A stretch of 64,000 nt of DNA from Podospora anserina (Eukaryota). The notes beneath the pieces are model-generated. The model was not told the origin of the DNA. It made no database searches and saw nothing but the letters and a program-made list of their open reading frames with translations. A program made the translations under genes and the position numbers. The DNA lies in assembly GCA_017654855.1 (NCBI GenBank), contig CM030332.1:186001-250000 (forward strand). Direction: 5' to 3'. Below are positions 63,031 through 64,000 of the stretch, piece after piece (position 1 is the first letter of the stretch; every line of letters starts with the position of its first letter).

Positions 63031-64000
63031 TCAGGGAGCCGCGGGGGCAGTCTCAACAATCTCCACATATCGGAGAGTGATCTCGTACTTGGTGTCGGAC
63101 GGCGCCGAACTCGTCGAAGACATAAAGGCCGCGAGGTCTCCAACGGGGTACATCCACCCGCCAACACGATACAGAACAACCGGAGCGACTGTGTTGGTGG
63201 TTCAGCAAACTTTGTCGGTTTCTTGAAAGGGGATTGGGGCCAACAACTTACCGCTTCCATCGGGGATGACCCAATTCCAGCCGATTGAGCCTGTCTCTGT
63301 GTCCAGAGTCCACTGTTACCAAGAGGTGGTTAGCAAGCGTGACCCACCAGATCAAAAGGGGCAACGTACAATGTCCGTGGCGTGGCAAAACTGTGCGTCG
63401 CAGACATATGGTTCGTTGGCGGATGCTGTTGGTTTTAGAGGTTAGCATTCTCACCATTCCTTGGGGGGCACATATGCAGGCGGCGGGGAACTCTTACTCA
63501 ACGGAACGTAGTCCGTGCTGCCACTAAATGGTGATAACAAAGCACACGTTAGTTTGTCTGGCTCAACAAGGGCAGTGCGGCACATACTAGTACGTCTCTA
63601 TCCTGGTGGTCCCGCCCGCAGTCCTGAAACCGAGCGCCCGGGTGGCCTCACCGCCGACTGGTTGAATCCTGATGCCGGAGGAGGAGGTGCTCTGATCATC
63701 AGGGACGGTGATGGTAAAGCGGCGGGCGCTGTTTTGGTTAGTGGCGATGTTGGGGCTGGCAGCGTTGGAGATCCAGCCGACGGATTGACCTGTGGATTTC
63801 CTCAGGACTTGGATCGCAACGCTGATGGTTGTTGACGAGGGGGCGGGGGGGGTGAGGGTCTCTGTTGCTGTCACGGTGGACACGAGAGTGGAAATGACGG
63901 TTGACGTGGCTGGCTCGGTGACGGTGACGGCGTTGTCTGGGTTGATGTGGGTGATGGTTGTGGTGGACAGGGGGATGGCACTGGACCTGTCGAGGCAGTG
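63031..64000 (-). CDS. Thr-rich hypothetical protein, multi-exon, 5' end outside window
   Basis: TVTVTEPATSTVISTLVSTVTATETLTPP, then a beta-rich region. The final exon reads ...VLYRVGGWMYPVGD...KYEITLRYVEIVETAPAAP*. Confidence 0.6.

Overview
Eukaryotic, intron-containing DNA from a filamentous ascomycete. GT..AG introns with CTRAC/CTAAC branch sites, RIP-type mutations and the transposon types point to Sordariales, probably Podospora-like; this is an inference. About 27 genes or gene relics are supportable. They include a GMC oxidoreductase with an in-frame stop, several orphan genes, a BAS2-like secreted Cys-repeat protein, a previously hidden 98-aa spliced gene, an SRPK-like kinase and a glycine-rich-domain protein. 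There is also a decayed alpha/beta-hydrolase-NACHT-WD40 NLR, a fructosamine-kinase-like gene and an aldo-keto reductase fragment. Two metabolic groups follow: NmrA / Zn2Cys6 TF / methyltransferase, and alcohol dehydrogenase / P450 / C2H2+Zn2Cys6 TF / acyltransferase. Mobile DNA consists of a full-length RIP-mutated pogo/Fot1-type transposon (53-bp TIRs, TA duplication) and a nested stack of solo LTRs, each with its own 5-bp target-site duplication. The strongest candidate for unusual biology is an ~930-codon orphan gene split by one in-frame UAG in a context typical of fungal sexual-stage A-to-I editing. Other candidates are the hidden His-rich micro-gene, an orphan protein with a novel 4x repeated motif, the modular nested LTRs, and a CCCCGCAW motif shared by the promoters of the ADH/P450/TF group.
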